NCBI GenBank assembly: GCA_964016885.1
Contig: OZ024743.1
Coordinates: forward strand, 346,704,001 to 346,768,000
Origin: Eledone cirrhosa
Lineage: Eukaryota
DNA length: 64,000 nucleotides
Reading direction: 5' to 3'
The position numbers were made by a program, and so were the translations under genes. The notes under the pieces were generated by a model, which saw only the letters and a list, made by a program, of their open reading frames with translations, searched no databases and had not been told where the DNA came from. Below, piece after piece: positions 41,984 through 55,404 of the stretch. Positions within the stretch are counted from its first letter, which is position 1. The number at the start of each line of letters is the position of its first letter.

Positions 41984-42822
41984 TTTGTTAAATTTAATGT
42001 AGATATAACTAGTGCTTTTTAATTAGAAGCCTTCGCTGTGGAGAGAATGAAATGTAATTACTTTCAATTATTACTTTGTTCACAGGTGTGTTTGAAAGTA
42101 TTGAAAATGCCTACATTTCGTTGGCGGTACATTAAGGCATCTACCGGGATATTTTGTGGGCCCTTTGCACTTTGAATTTAAATGCCGCTGTGGCCTACGT
42201 CAATCTTCGAAATAACCGTTGTCTTGTTTAGCAACACCACTTGATCGTTAGGTGCTGTTGGTGTAGTTGATTCCAATACAAACTTACGAGTGAGATCTTC
42301 CGTTTGGGCAATACTTGACATAATTTTCCCTCTTGTAAAAGAGAGATACATTTGAAGGTAGCAAATTAGCATTGTCGTTTGAGCGTCAGGAATAATGCAT
42401 TGAGACATATATGATTTGATTTCATATACTGCCCGGGTGAACTTTGACTTCCGAATTTCAAGGTTTATAAATTTCAAGGTTTATACATTTCTAAAGCTAC
42501 GAATTGGCGAAATTATTAGAAGACTGCCAAGTTGCCTAGCGCTGCTTATTTTAGCCCCGCGAAGTTTGGTGGCTGTTGTAGTGGGTGTCCTGGCCATCGT
42601 CCGGGGGGGGGGACGCTTTTGGCATCTTGTCAGCGGGTGGAAAGCACTTCTTCCCTGGAGCCCTCTCCCTTCGCCCCTCCCCTCTCTCCGGCGACTACAG
42701 AGCTCTTGTCATTCCCCCCATAAAGGTATTTGGTGTTCACTATATGAAATATGATAACGAAGGTGAACTGTTTCAAATATAATACATATATTTGAAAAAA
42801 AAAGGAAAAGAATGACTTCACT

Positions 42823-42919
42823 TGTAGTATTAAAAAAGGTTTTGGATTTAATTTTATAATAATATAATATTATGAACTAATATTATAAAATTAAATCCAA
42901 AAAATGTTTTAATACTACA
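42823..42919. repeat. AT-rich imperfect inverted repeat (MITE-like or fold-back)
   Basis: TGTAGTATTAAAA..TTGGATTTAATTTTATAATA / TATTATAAAATTAAATCCAA..TTTTAATACTACA. Confidence 0.6.
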
Positions 42920-42975
42920 TATATATATATATATATATTATATTATATATGTATATATGTAAATATATATATATG

Positions 42976-43555
42976 AAATTCGGTGTTGAATTTGTTTTAG
43001 GAGATTTCTTATCTGAAAACGTGTGTTGAAACAGATATTGTCATAATTTGTCATGCAGCCAATAAAAACACAAACACTTGTTGGTTTTCACTTCAAATTT
43101 CCGGCTGGTTGGCAACAAATATAAACGAACTCCAACCAAAATTAAACAGAAAACATAAATGGAATAGCAACATCACAACTAGTAATTAAGGACAGAATGA
43201 AGACATACAGACACGCGCAAAAACCAAACTAACAAAACAAATTTAACACACACAGATAGAACAAACAACCAACTAGTGACAAGTAAATAAACACATAAAT
43301 AGATGAATAAAAACACAAACACACTCCCGGATGTAACAAGATGGTGTAGGACAGAACAAAGGAGATACACACAAAATAAAAACTTAGTCACTGAGAAGGT
43401 CACAGAAAAAGTGACGAAAGAGCTTTGCCAACATATAAATAACCTTTTGGTTATCGAACCTACCAACGAACCGGAAACTTGTAATAAATTTAAGTGAAAA
43501 CCAACAGGTGCGTGTATTTTATTGGCAGCATGACCCTCTCAAAGTTATAACAATA
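42976..43555. mobile_element. Family B / PLE 3' region with inverted tail and degenerate hammerhead (43387-43429)
   Basis: GTCA CTGAGAA g GTCAC..GTGAC GAAA GAGC TT TGCC; minus-oriented tail 42976-43115; KLNRKHKWN-like ORF end near 43138. Confidence 0.7.
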
Positions 43556-43729
43556 TATATACCTATACACACACACATATACATATATATTATATATATA
43601 CCAATACCTGGTCCCCCTCCCCCAGGCCAGTCCTTTAACCCACCTTCCCCGATCACCATTGTTTTTTAACTTCCTTCCCTAACTTACTCAGACTACTCAT
43701 ACATATATCTGTTCTCTCCTTATCAGCAC

Positions 43730-43767
43730 TGTCCTGAAGAAAGACCTCTGTCCGAAATGTTGAAACA
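43730..43767 (+). ncRNA. Degenerate minimal hammerhead in a CT-rich pseudo-LTR fragment
   Basis: TGTC CTGAAGA a aGAC ctct GTCc GAAA TG TT GAAACA. Confidence 0.5.
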
Positions 43768-43832
43768 TCCTCCACTTCCACCAAGCATGAAACTGTAAAA
43801 TTGCATCCTGTATTTTGTTTCTTTTCATTTAT

Positions 43833-43899
<67 letters not shown>

Positions 43900-43904
<5 letters not shown>

Positions 43905-44092
43905 AACCAGTAAGACCCCGACGGCTGAGCTCAAGCCGTTTCGACGGCTAATTCTGGTCCAGAATTAGCCGTCGAAACGGCTTGAGCTCAGCCGTCGGGG
44001 TCTTACTGGTTCCTATTACCCACTCTACTACCCCAAGTATTGAGTACTTTGGTGCGTTATGGTCCACCTGGTTCCTTACCACATTTCCTTCG

Positions 44093-44093
<1 letters not shown>
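43900..44093. mobile_element. Palindromic mini-element, family F (3' half of a hammerhead)
   Basis: Perfect 58-bp arms about T43958; GAAA CGGCT tgagctc AGCCG TC GGGGTC; tail 44017-44093; (TA)n flanks. Confidence 0.85.
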
Positions 44094-44128
<35 letters not shown>

Positions 44129-44137
<9 letters not shown>

Positions 44138-44687
44138 TAAAAGAATAATGAATAAAACAATGAAACAGTTCCTTATATTAAACAAAAAAAGTTCATTATT
44201 TAACGATCGTTTCTAGGATATATATGTGTTAGAATTGGCATGCATATTCAACAGATCTATGTACAAAATTATACAAAATTATACAAACTATCAAGATTAA
44301 ATATACATACCAAACACACATATATGCCGTCTTCAGAAATCATTATTTCTGAAGACGGCATATATGTGTGTTTGGTATGTATATTTAATCTTGATAGTTT
44401 GTATAATTTTGTATAATTTTGTACATAGATCTGTTGAATATGCATGCCAATTCTAACACATATATATCCTAGAAACGATCGTTAAATAATGAACTTTTTT
44501 TGTTTAATATAAGGAACTGTTTCATTGTTTTATTCATTATTCTTTTAATATTTTATCTTGACTCTGTATTCCGTTTATCTTTCACCGAAAGTGATTTTTC
44601 ATTGCATCTCTTCTTTCCATGATATCCGGACTACATTGAGTTCTTCATACGGATTGGACACTACCGTAAACTCTTGGTAGATTTATC

Positions 44688-44690
<3 letters not shown>
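44129..44690. mobile_element. Palindromic hammerhead mini-element, family G
   Basis: 212-bp arms 44129-44340/44345-44556 with CATT loop, unique tail 44557-44690, (TA)n flanks. Confidence 0.9.
44341..44491 (+). ncRNA. Type I hammerhead ribozyme with very long stem II
   Basis: CATTATTT CTGAAGA [116 nt hairpin] GAAA CGATCG TT^ AAATAATG; 8-bp stem I, palindromic ACGATCGT stem III. Confidence 0.75.
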
Positions 44691-44756
<66 letters not shown>

Positions 44757-44762
<6 letters not shown>

Positions 44763-45117
44763 CGTAGTTTAGAAAGCCACAACAATGCAGAGGGAAATCT
44801 CGAGGTAGGAAGTGAATGATAGATAGGAGAAATAGGATAAAGTGAAAATTGAGAGAGACAAAGATAAAAACAAAACAAAGGTAGAAGGGTTACCGTAGTG
44901 GAGATTTAATCCCAATATTTCGGGCTCACGCCCATTAACGGGGGAAAGTTCCAAAAGGTTGTTTTGTTTTTATCTTTGTCTCTCTCAATTTTCACTTTAT
45001 CCTATTTCTCCTATCTATCATTCACTTCCTACCTCGAGATTTCCCTCTGCATTGTTGTGGCTTTCTAAACTACGTATTTTACACATTTCACAATGCTTCA
45101 AGCAAACTCAACACCCT

Positions 45118-45120
<3 letters not shown>
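44757..45120. mobile_element. Inverted-repeat mini-element, family H
   Basis: ~122-bp perfect arms 44757-44878/44959-45080, 80-bp spacer, tail 45081-45120, (TA)n flanks. Confidence 0.85.
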
Positions 45121-45151
<31 letters not shown>

Positions 45152-45168
45152 TAAACGGAAAAGAAAAT

Positions 45169-45208
<40 letters not shown>

Positions 45209-45407
45209 ATAAAATACATTTTATATAATATAGTACATTTACCTCTGTGTTTAGTGTTTATATATATATATGAACATGTATATTTGTGTGTGAAGGCCTA
45301 GCTCATATGAGACATATGATGCGCTAGTTAACGTGAGTTGATGTGAGGAGCGCAACCACCATCGTGGTCACAACCATGTGTCAGCGCGCTAACTTATGCA
45401 CGTTATT

Positions 45408-45705
45408 AGAGTTCAAATCCCGCCGAGATTAACTTTGCCTTTCATCCTTACGTGGTCGATAAAATAAAGTACCAGTAATATACTGGTTAATTGCTGGCCT
45501 TGTGCCAAAAGTAGAAACAGTTATTATGTGGATTGGCAGTATTGGTAGAGCGTCGGATGCCATGCTTTGCAGCAGAGATTGATCTAATTTCAAATCCCGC
45601 CGAGGTTAACTTTGCCTTTCTTCCTTACAGGTTCGATAAAATTAAGTACCAGTGATACACTGGGATAATTGTTGGCCTTGTGCTAAAAGTAGAAACAGTT
45701 ATTAT
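45408..45705 (+). mobile_element. Two tandem tRNA-derived SINEs
   Basis: B box, core and tail motifs twice. Confidence 0.85.
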
Positions 45706-47017
45706 GTAAAATACCAGCTATTTTGCTACTTAACAGGAAAGCTTTAAGGCTAAACAAAGCATAGTCTTGTTACCAATAATTAAATATGGTTTGTTGTTAT
45801 CAAAATTTATGTAATGAAAAAAGCAGAGTTAGTTTTCAAATTCCCAAGTTCAATTTTGTGATGTAAATCTTTTGAGCTTAAAAATAAACTAAGTTCAGGC
45901 AAAAGGTGTTAAAAATGAAAGATAATGCAACAGTTTGCTTAATACTTATCAGATTAATCCAATAATGTTAATTTCCGAATCTTAGAGAGGAATTTGTCAA
46001 GTTGGTGACACGTTGTGAAACGTTCAGCTCTTGTTATTTTTAAATGAGACTCTTTGTACTTTTCCATTATTTGCTCCGTTTTATAATATTTTACAGAGTT
46101 TTCTGCATTCTATTTTTTTCTACTTAATATCTACCTAAGTAGTGGTTTTGGAACCGCAGATATTCGATATTTCTTAAATAATATTTGCGAAAAAGATTAA
46201 TCTTTAATCATTCTAAATGAAATTTGGACAACACGCTTAAATCCACATTCACATCACAACATAGATTGTTATGACCTGCAGGGTAAAACAACCAAATGTC
46301 ACGAAAATTCTATCCAGTTGTCCCAATAGTTAAAGAAAAGGGCTCATTAGTAATGGTAATCTTAGTTTTAGTGTTTCTGAAAACGGGTGGGCTGGGCACG
46401 GGTGAAACGGTTTTGTCATTATCTATTCGATCAGTTCAGGCCTGAGAGTAAACCTTAAAATGAAAGTCAGAACGTAGATAATTGATTTTCTACTTTCAAA
46501 CAAGTCAAACGTTTCATCATCAGGTTAATTGATATTTGATAACATTCTCATAGAACAGTTCACAAAAATAGTAGCGAAATGCTAATAGATTTGATTGTAA
46601 TATGAAACCATATGACATCTCGGATCACTGGCAACTTGTGTCTAGTTCTATAAAAATGCACCGTACCCATATAGTTAGTAAATGATGCATTCTATGTAAC
46701 TAGTAAAGTTTATATATATGCTTACACATACTTCTGTGGGTACATATCTAATTATATAGTCATCTACTTATGCACGGGTGCAAACATGCACACATTCACA
46801 CACAGACATGCATATATATATATTCTATTATATTATATTATGTTATATTATATTATATTATATTATATTATGTTATATTATATTATATTGACACTCCTGT
46901 TGATACCTTATTGATAATACTTTAAGGAAAACAAGTCGTAGAGTGCTTTACGTCTGTTTACGACTAAAATCGGTGGATTATTTACTCGATCAACTTTCTT
47001 CACTAGAATAATATATG

Positions 47018-47156
<139 letters not shown>

Positions 47157-47427
47157 CTGTGTGTACACCATGTCATTATCGAGGAAGACCATACTTGTCA
47201 CTCCTTTCTACATTCCCTTTAAAGATGTCTTATCGGCACCCAGGAAGACCTAGACATAGCTAGTAATGCAAGACTAAAGCCAGATCACCTAAACACAAAT
47301 TCCTATTTTAATCAATTTACTGTCTTTGATTTGACCATCCTGTTTTTTATGTAAGTTAAACTGCATTTAGAAATACTTTGCATAAATATAGATTTCGTTA
47401 TTTAAAAAAAATTTAAGAAATGATGAA

Positions 47428-47610
47428 TTGGCAGTATCGGTAGAGAGTCGGGCGCCATGCTTTCCAGCATAGTTACGTCTCTTTACGGTCTGAGTTCAAA
47501 TCCCGCCGAGGTTAACTTTGCCTTTCATCCTTACGGGGGTCGATAAAATAAAGTACCAGTAATGTACTGGGTAATTGCTGGCTATGTGCCAAAAGTAGAA
47601 ACAGTTATTT
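47428..47610 (+). mobile_element. tRNA-derived SINE
   Basis: A and B boxes, core, tail; TTTAAGAAAT on both flanks. Confidence 0.9.
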
Positions 47611-48165
47611 TAAGAAATCAGGTATTGATTAGTGTAATACTAGGCTTTCTATCTCGTATATCGAGAGAAAAATTATACCCTCACTGGTTGTCCTATCTTA
47701 AAATATACCCTAAGAAAAGTAGATGTTTTTGAGAAATGCATGTAGGGTAACAAATCATATTTTAACGCTCCATGACAAAATAATCATGAATGTGTTGGGG
47801 TTAAGGAAAATCACGTTTTAATTATTCCTCCAGACTGCTAAATGAACGTGTTATTTTTATATGTACTAGCAGAAAAACCACCCCTCGGGTGGTTTTCTAC
47901 CAGTGTATGTAGTGTGTATATTGATATTTTACGCAAGTATATATGCATGTAGATATGATACATCAAAGAAATTGAACGAAGACTATGTTACACTGTCTTA
48001 TTTAATCAGTAATGTAATTCATGATACATTAAAAAAAAGACGATATTATATATAAACTGCATTAGGAGAAAATTAGTGACGGAAATATATGAATATTTAT
48101 TTAAGCGATCGCTAACCGGAAGTGTTGACATTTGAAAATTTTAAAGAATTGAATCTTTAAATAAA

Positions 48166-48346
48166 TAATTGTTTCTACTTTTGGCACAAGGCCAGCCATC
48201 ACCCAGTGCATTACTGGTACTTTATTTTATCGACCCCGTAAGGATGAAAGGCAAAGTTAACCTCGGCGGGATTTGAACTCAGAATGGCAAGGGCCGTAAC
48301 TCTATGCGTCAAAACATGGCGCCCGACCCTCTATCGGTACTGCCAA
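48166..48346 (-). mobile_element. tRNA-derived SINE with TSD
   Basis: Reverse-complement SINE; AATCTTTAAATAAATAAT on both flanks. Confidence 0.9.
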
Positions 48347-48544
48347 TCTTTAAATAAATAATAAAATATATTTAATGAACAGCCACGAAATTTAGTAGAT
48401 AAATTAGGTAATATTCATTCATTATTCAAAGTAATCCAACATATTTTACTAAGGGGATAAACAATTATAAAGCGTACGCAATCCCGCGCTTCTTACTTTA
48501 TTATAGTTTAGATGTATGTATGTAAGTATGTATGTATGTATGTA

Positions 48545-48878
48545 TGATGGTATCCAATGATGTTGACTTGTTCTTCTTTTTGATAAATATCATCTTGGTT
48601 AAGAGATTGGGACTGGCTTTGTGCAGTGCCTTTGCTTACTATAAAAGTTTCACGGCACAGGCATTGCTTTATATCTGGAGATCTCTCTTCACTTGTCGTC
48701 ACCTGGTACCATGGGCCCAGCACTATCTGTCAATAATTGTCATAAGTGTAGTGTTTGTACCAGAGTTATCAAGTCGCTGGCTGGACTAAAAAGTCACACT
48801 CGTTCAGCGCATCGGTAGGGTTCTCCTACATGGATATAAAGTAGTGGCCGTACTCGAAAACGAGTTGGCAGCCACCAT
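48545..48878 (+). mobile_element. 5'-truncated copy of the repeat at 10369-10935, inserted in (TATG)n
   Basis: High similarity to the reverse complement of 10369-10702. Confidence 0.8.
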
Positions 48879-49190
48879 GTATGTATGTATTATGTATGAA
48901 TTTATGTAGTATGTATGTACGTATGTATGTACGAATTTATGTATGTATATATGTATCTATGCATGTGTGTATGTAGGCATGTGTATTTACGTACGTACGC
49001 ATGTACATATGTATAGATGAATATATGTAGATATCTATTTATCTACCCATCCTTGTATGTGCGCACATAGATATGTAGTAAATATTTATGTATGTATGTA
49101 TGTATGTATGTATGTATGTATGTATGTATGTATGTATGTATGTGTGTATGTATGTATGTATGTATGTATGTATGTATGTATGTTTGTATG

Positions 49191-49348
<158 letters not shown>

Positions 49349-50285
49349 CATGCTTGTATATAAAAGAAGCATAGTGGAACAGTTGAAATATTAATTCCAC
49401 TATCACGGAAATCCTAGTCTGATCCTACAGCAAGGCGTATTTAAGATAGGGTCGGATTGATTCAAGACTTGTTTAAATAAATTTAATTAAAATAGGCCAA
49501 ACGGAAAGTTTGTCGAAGTCTCTCGCGCAGATTATACATTTCTTTCAAAGATACAGTATTGTTAATCGACACTTTCAATAATCACCGCTGTTTAAGAAGT
49601 AGAGCCATTTTGTGCGTTTATTTGTATGTATATATGTGAATATATTTATGATGTATATGATTGCGTGGAAGTACATATATATGTATGTGTTACTGTGTGT
49701 GTATAAATAGGTGTATCTATGTGCCTATCAGTATGGTTGGTGATTGTGTTCGTGTAAATGCAAGTATGCGTTTGTATATATGAATGTGTGTATAAATGTG
49801 TGTGCGTAATTATATGTATATCTGTACTAGATAGTTAAACCGGGGCCTGCGTATTTCTAGCAGATTTATGATCATAGGCGTTATTATTTTCTATAATAAG
49901 ATGTGTCGTTCTCATATATTTAAGACGGTATGGTGTTCACTGTGGTAGTTAGGGCTGCTATTACTAGCAAATAAGGCAACCGTGTTGTGGCTCCCTACCT
50001 CTATGTATATTGTGTTGTTGATTTTGTTGTTTAGCTCTATATCTCAGTCCTGGAAGGAGTAGCCTATTTTCAAAAGAGTTTCAACCATAGGCATCCCGTC
50101 TGTTAATATATGCATCACTGCCTTATACAACGAATCATTCCTATTTTTTATGATGAAAGAGCGCAATCTCAGATAATTTGGCTCTTATTTCTTGCAAAAC
50201 CTGGGTCAATTTAGAATGCGCCTCATTGACGATTCGTATGTCTGAGTACGATTTAGTGGGCGTATATGTATGTATGTTTGTACGC

Positions 50286-50318
<33 letters not shown>

Positions 50319-50997
50319 TGTATGTATGTATGTATGTATGTATGTATGTATGTATGTATGCATGTATGTATGTATATATGTATGTGTATATGTGTATATG
50401 TTTGAAAGTATTTTTGTTTGTATGTATGTAAGTATGTCTGTCTGTATGTATATATGTATGTAAATATATATGTATGTGTGATTCATGTATGTATGCATGT
50501 ATGATATATGTATGTTTACGTATATTTTATCTATATTAGCAATTTATAAAAGACGTGGAAAAAATATTCAGGGACATGCTCAGCAGGAAAACCAAATGTT
50601 AAGTTCGGTGCTAGATGCGAGAAGAATGAGGGAGTTAACTGTACAATGTGTGAGCTCGTGCAGAATTCTAAGAACTGCTGCGCGAACACACATACACAGT
50701 ACCAACACAGGCAAATATATATAGTGTGATTTCGTATGTGGAGATACATAATAATATTGGTGATGGCGATGATGTTAATGTTGGAGGTGGTATTAATGGT
50801 GTTGTTGGTTGTGGCGGTGGTGGTCGTACGGGTGGCTGGATGAAGGTGTTGGTACTGGTAGAAGTGGTATTGGTGGTAGTGATTTTTTTGGTGATTATGA
50901 TGCTGCATACAAGAATTAAATTCCAGAATGTTTAAATAGCACACAAGGATGTACGTTATATAGAAATGTTGAAACGAAACGACAACAGCTCAGCCGT

Positions 50998-51075
<78 letters not shown>

Positions 51076-51200
51076 TACAACATTGAGTACCTCTTTATGC
51101 TACTGTTGTAATTAGTTATACTAAACTCGCCCTATGGACTGAGTGCATTTACCGTACGATATTTCCACATACACACACACACACACGCGCACACACACAT

Positions 51201-51298
<98 letters not shown>

Positions 51299-51378
51299 TA
51301 TAGATAACATTTATCTAAATACAATTTTTTGCAATTCCACCCCGCCCGTCCCTTCAATCTATCTTATTTCTTATTCTT

Positions 51379-51414
51379 TCTTATGATGAAGGACTAGCGG
51401 CCGAAACGTTAAGA
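51379..51414 (+). ncRNA. Degenerate minimal hammerhead
   Basis: TCTT ATGATGA a GGAC tagc GGCC GAAA CG TT AAGA; more decayed relative on minus strand near 53104-53140. Confidence 0.55.
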
Positions 51415-51514
51415 CCCTCTTCCTGCTATTTCAAGCGTTAACCTTATATATTCCTTCCATATACTGTACCGATTGTGTTGTTATTTCTGTTTTCCTTTTG
51501 CACACACACACACG

Positions 51515-51581
<67 letters not shown>

Positions 51582-51779
51582 CAATAAGTATGTATGTAGT
51601 ATGTATGTGTGTATGTATGTGTGTATGTTTGTATATATGTATGCAAGTGTGTGGCTGCACTTAGAGGGGGTGGTGCATGTATGTGTTTATATCCATGCAT
51701 ACATACACACATACACACACAAATATACATACATAAATATATAGAGAAACAATATTGGTCTCCAAGAACGAAGACAACC

Positions 51780-52130
51780 ACTTGGCAAAAGCTACCCCTC
51801 CCTCATTGCATGCCAGAATCTATTGTATAAAATGTATACAGCCTGCCTAAACCTATTTCTCCATGATCACTGTGAAAATAATATTATCACAGATGAGCAA
51901 ACAGCTGGGAAGAAAGAATTTTGTTGGGGTGCTAAGCATCACCTATTTCACAAAACCGCGATGTCAGAGGTGCGGTGACATAGGACGATCATGGGTAGTG
52001 TCTCGCTGGACTACAGGAAAACATTCGATTCTGTTCCTCACTCTTGGTTGATAGAGGCACTCTGACTTGTTAAAGTCCCAGATGCCCTAATCAAACCATA
52101 TAGAACCTAACTCCTTCTTGGTCTACTACA
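51780..52130 (+). mobile_element. Non-LTR RT relic (R4/R2-group-like)
   Basis: LIACQNLLYKMYTACL, CENNIITDEQTAGKK, SLDYRKTFDSVPHSWLIEAL. Confidence 0.75.
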
Positions 52131-52875
52131 TTGAAGATAAGACAGTGAAAGATACAACTTTATGTTCTGCAGGTTCAAGGGTGTTAACGTGTGCCTTTCT
52201 TCCAATTAGTCACGTTATTGAAATGATACGGACAAGGATGCCTATATGAGTAACTAATATTACCGGTCCATGAGCGGTATTACACTGTGGGTTTTATCCG
52301 AACTATATAGAGAATTGGTGCACATTACAGAGAGTGAGAAATTCATATCATTTGATGGTGAAAGCAATTCCGTTGTACTTGACATCAGCAAAGAATTCTA
52401 AAATATTGAGATGTTAGAAGTGAGAGGTGATAGTTTGATAGACAGCGGAGTCAGATATGTGGTTCTTCAGAGGAATTGGACAACATATAGAGTGTTTCCA
52501 AAGGTCGAAAGGGCGGGAGCGGGAGAATGAGAGAGAGATGGAGGAGGTCGAAAAAGTTGGTAATAAGCAGATTAGTTCTGGGAATGACTTTTGAGACCCA
52601 TGAAAATGTCAATTGTCTAGATCAGTGACTTTGTTGTATGGAAAGCGAGCAGCAAATGTGAAAGTGGGCGTGTAGTATTATTAGATATACTGTTGCAATT
52701 CTTAAATTACTTTTATTGTTATCAGCCTAGTTTGCACTATAGGGGTGCCGCTTTAATATGAACGAATCTCTGTGGATGTGCTCTGAAACGAATTATCCGT
52801 CTACGTGGTATCGTTGTAGGTGAGCAGTTCTACAGGAAACAAGATTAAAATTCCCCATTATATAAATATATATGT

Positions 52876-52973
<98 letters not shown>

Positions 52974-53535
52974 CTGTGTGTGGGGTTGGGGGTGTTCCTG
53001 TGTGTGTGTGTGTGTGCGTCAAAGGTAAACAAAATTAACAAAGCAAATGACACGGTACATGGAATAAATGTATTGGTTAAATGATTGAAATAACAGGAAA
53101 AGAGTTTTAACGTTTTTGCCAATAGTCCTTCATAAGAAGATAGAATTAGAAATGAATGATAAAAGAAAGATAAAGAGTCAGAAGAAGAAGGAAAGAGAAA
53201 AAATGAACAAAAACACACGCTCATATTCAGACAGCCATTTTGGAGATTTGCTGGTCAACCATCCTGGATCTGGCCTTATCGTAGCTATGGGCCTTGTGTG
53301 TTCCACACAAGCGAGAAAGTGTTACCGTCTAGCACTTTGCTCCCGGGATCCTTTGCTTCCTAGGGATGCCGGTCTCTGTGGAGTTCGCAGAGCATCGGTG
53401 ACCCACGGCACGTCGGCTTGTCGCCCAAGATGACAGCTCCATCATCCAACTGTTCTCCAAAGGACCAGCAACCCGCTCAGAAGAAAGCAGACTGCCTTCC
53501 GTCGGAGCGGACCCCTGCATGCTCTCCACCAACGA

Positions 53536-53572
<37 letters not shown>

Positions 53573-53651
53573 AGCTGAGTAATATTGTAGAACAATAAAA
53601 CTATGCATATATCAGATAAGTAGCGCTCAACAGTTGGTAGAACTGGAGCAT

Positions 53652-53915
53652 ATATAAAGAAGAAATTAAAAGATGGTTAAAAAAGTTCCATATATTTTAT
53701 TATGCGCATTTCGAAAACAACATCACCCTGGGACAAAAATTGTGTTCTCATCAGATAAAATATGTAGACTGAACACTTTCTTGTTCACAAGTGTTTTTAG
53801 GCCTCATATCATGTTACCTTATTTCATCACAATTTTTGTCCCAGGATGATGTTATTTTCGAAATGAGCATAATAAAATATATGGAAGCTTTTTAACCATC
53901 TTTTAATTTCTTCTT

Positions 53916-53920
<5 letters not shown>
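53652..53920. mobile_element. Inverted-repeat hammerhead mini-element, family I
   Basis: ~93-bp imperfect arms 53652-53744/53828-53920. Confidence 0.8.
53692..53763 (-). ncRNA. Type I hammerhead ribozyme
   Basis: ATATTTTAT CTGATGA GAA..TTC GAAA TGCGCA TA^ ATAAAATAT; 9-bp stem I, palindromic ATGCGCAT stem III. Confidence 0.85.
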
Positions 53921-53977
<57 letters not shown>

Positions 53978-53992
53978 TGCGTGCGTGCGTGC

Positions 53993-54098
<106 letters not shown>

Positions 54099-54104
54099 TT
54101 ATTT

Positions 54105-55235
54105 ATATTACACTAGACACAGAGCTCTGGTTAGAAACTATTGCTAGTAAGACAAATCTTCCATTCATATTATGCCAAACTCATGGCCTCCAAATACCTG
54201 ATCTCCGGGAATTCAGCCGTTTCGGATAATGTAAAAATCAACATACTGATTGCAGATTTAGTATGATGAGAATGTGTGATCATAAAGGGACACACAATAC
54301 ACGTTAGCCATCGCATGTAGATCTCTGGTTACAATAAAAGAGACAATATCAGGGTATACAAAGGAGCCAGGGCTAAAGGAATGACTATTAAAGAAAATGT
54401 TGCGAATGCAACTTCCCCCATGTATAGCAGCAAATTTTAGAATAATAAGATATATAAGGTCAATTCATGGTAGAGCAGCCAAAATATACCAGAGTGTAAT
54501 GGTATATTTAAATGCAGGAATAATAAAAGAAAGAATAGCTGCTTAATGAACACAACCACAAGGATATAGTCCGAACGTGGAATAGACGAACTCCCACTGT
54601 CATCACCTCCATCTTTCACGCCCTCCCCATTCTCCGTATGGTGAGCAAATGGGGTCTCACGGGCTGGCCTACCCACAGCCCCGGCGGCCAGAATGGAGAG
54701 TGCGTTTCCCCGGAGGATTGTAAGGGAGATGCGCTGGAAGATCCATTCCAACTCGCGTGAAAAGTTCATCAATGCTACCTCCAGAGACGAACTAGCATGC
54801 AGATTTAGAAGGGTGTTAGGTAAGCTAAAATTAAATATTACGATAGTAAAAAAACAAGTATACACATAAAAGTCCTGTTTAACAGAACATACACTTTTAA
54901 GTAAAATCTCTGTACTGATAGAAAATGTATAATCTGCAGATTAAGCCCACAGATAAATTCTGAAATTAGGGACGCACGGAAAATACAACATATATAGGTG
55001 AGACGGCTAATAGCATAGGAGAAGGAATGAAAAAAGACTGGCGAGAAATCTAAGACGAGGAAAATTCCTCAGCACGCTACTTACATGCCAGAATGGAACA
55101 TAGGGGCCCATTAGAGAACATCAAAATAAAAATTGTATCTACACACTGAATAGATGGAATCCTCCGACAGATTAGACCAGCAGCAAATATAAATAAACTT
55201 CGACCAAAATTATATACAAAGCAAGAATAGAGTAA
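54105..55235 (+). pseudogene. Decayed copy of the PLE family at 60392-63250 (thumb, linker, GIY-YIG)
   Basis: LDTELW, YAKLMASKYLI..NSA, FINATS, CTDRKCIIC, TYIGETANSIGE, RQIR..RPKL align with the intact ORF; 3' region with degenerate hammerhead at 55835-55877. Confidence 0.85.
54430..54765 (-). mobile_element. 3' end of a CRE-like (RLE) LINE inserted in the PLE relic
   Basis: EWIFQRISLTILRGNALSILAA C-terminal motif; interrupts PLE homology. Confidence 0.6.
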
Positions 55236-55404
55236 TAAAAGACCCATAATATAGTGACAAAGGGCAATATAAGATTAAAAGAATAAGGATCCCATAACTC
55301 CTTCTGGAGTCGTCGAGGCACCGTCATAGGGCGTGTCTAGGGCACTTTTAAACCTGAGGGAGCACAACTCTCTCCAGGTCTGAACGATTTTTTCTATAGA
55401 GGAA

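Noticed and set aside
42416-42782. GC-richer stretch with overlapping short ORFs
   Set aside because: No recognisable domain or exon structure
44129-44556. Interpreting the long palindromes as MITEs (DNA transposons with TA target duplication)
   Set aside because: Asymmetric unique tails, variable arm ends, embedded hammerheads and homology to PLE pseudo-LTRs favour a retroelement origin
47864-47905. TACTAG followed by hairpin AGAAAAACCACCC ctc GGGTGGTTTTCT (Helitron-like end or terminator-like)
   Set aside because: Single short hairpin with no second terminus identified
53220-53540. GC-rich insert with GCGAA CTCCAC suggestive of an HDV-like ribozyme
   Set aside because: Pairings form a simple long hairpin, not the HDV double pseudoknot; probably a retroelement 5' region
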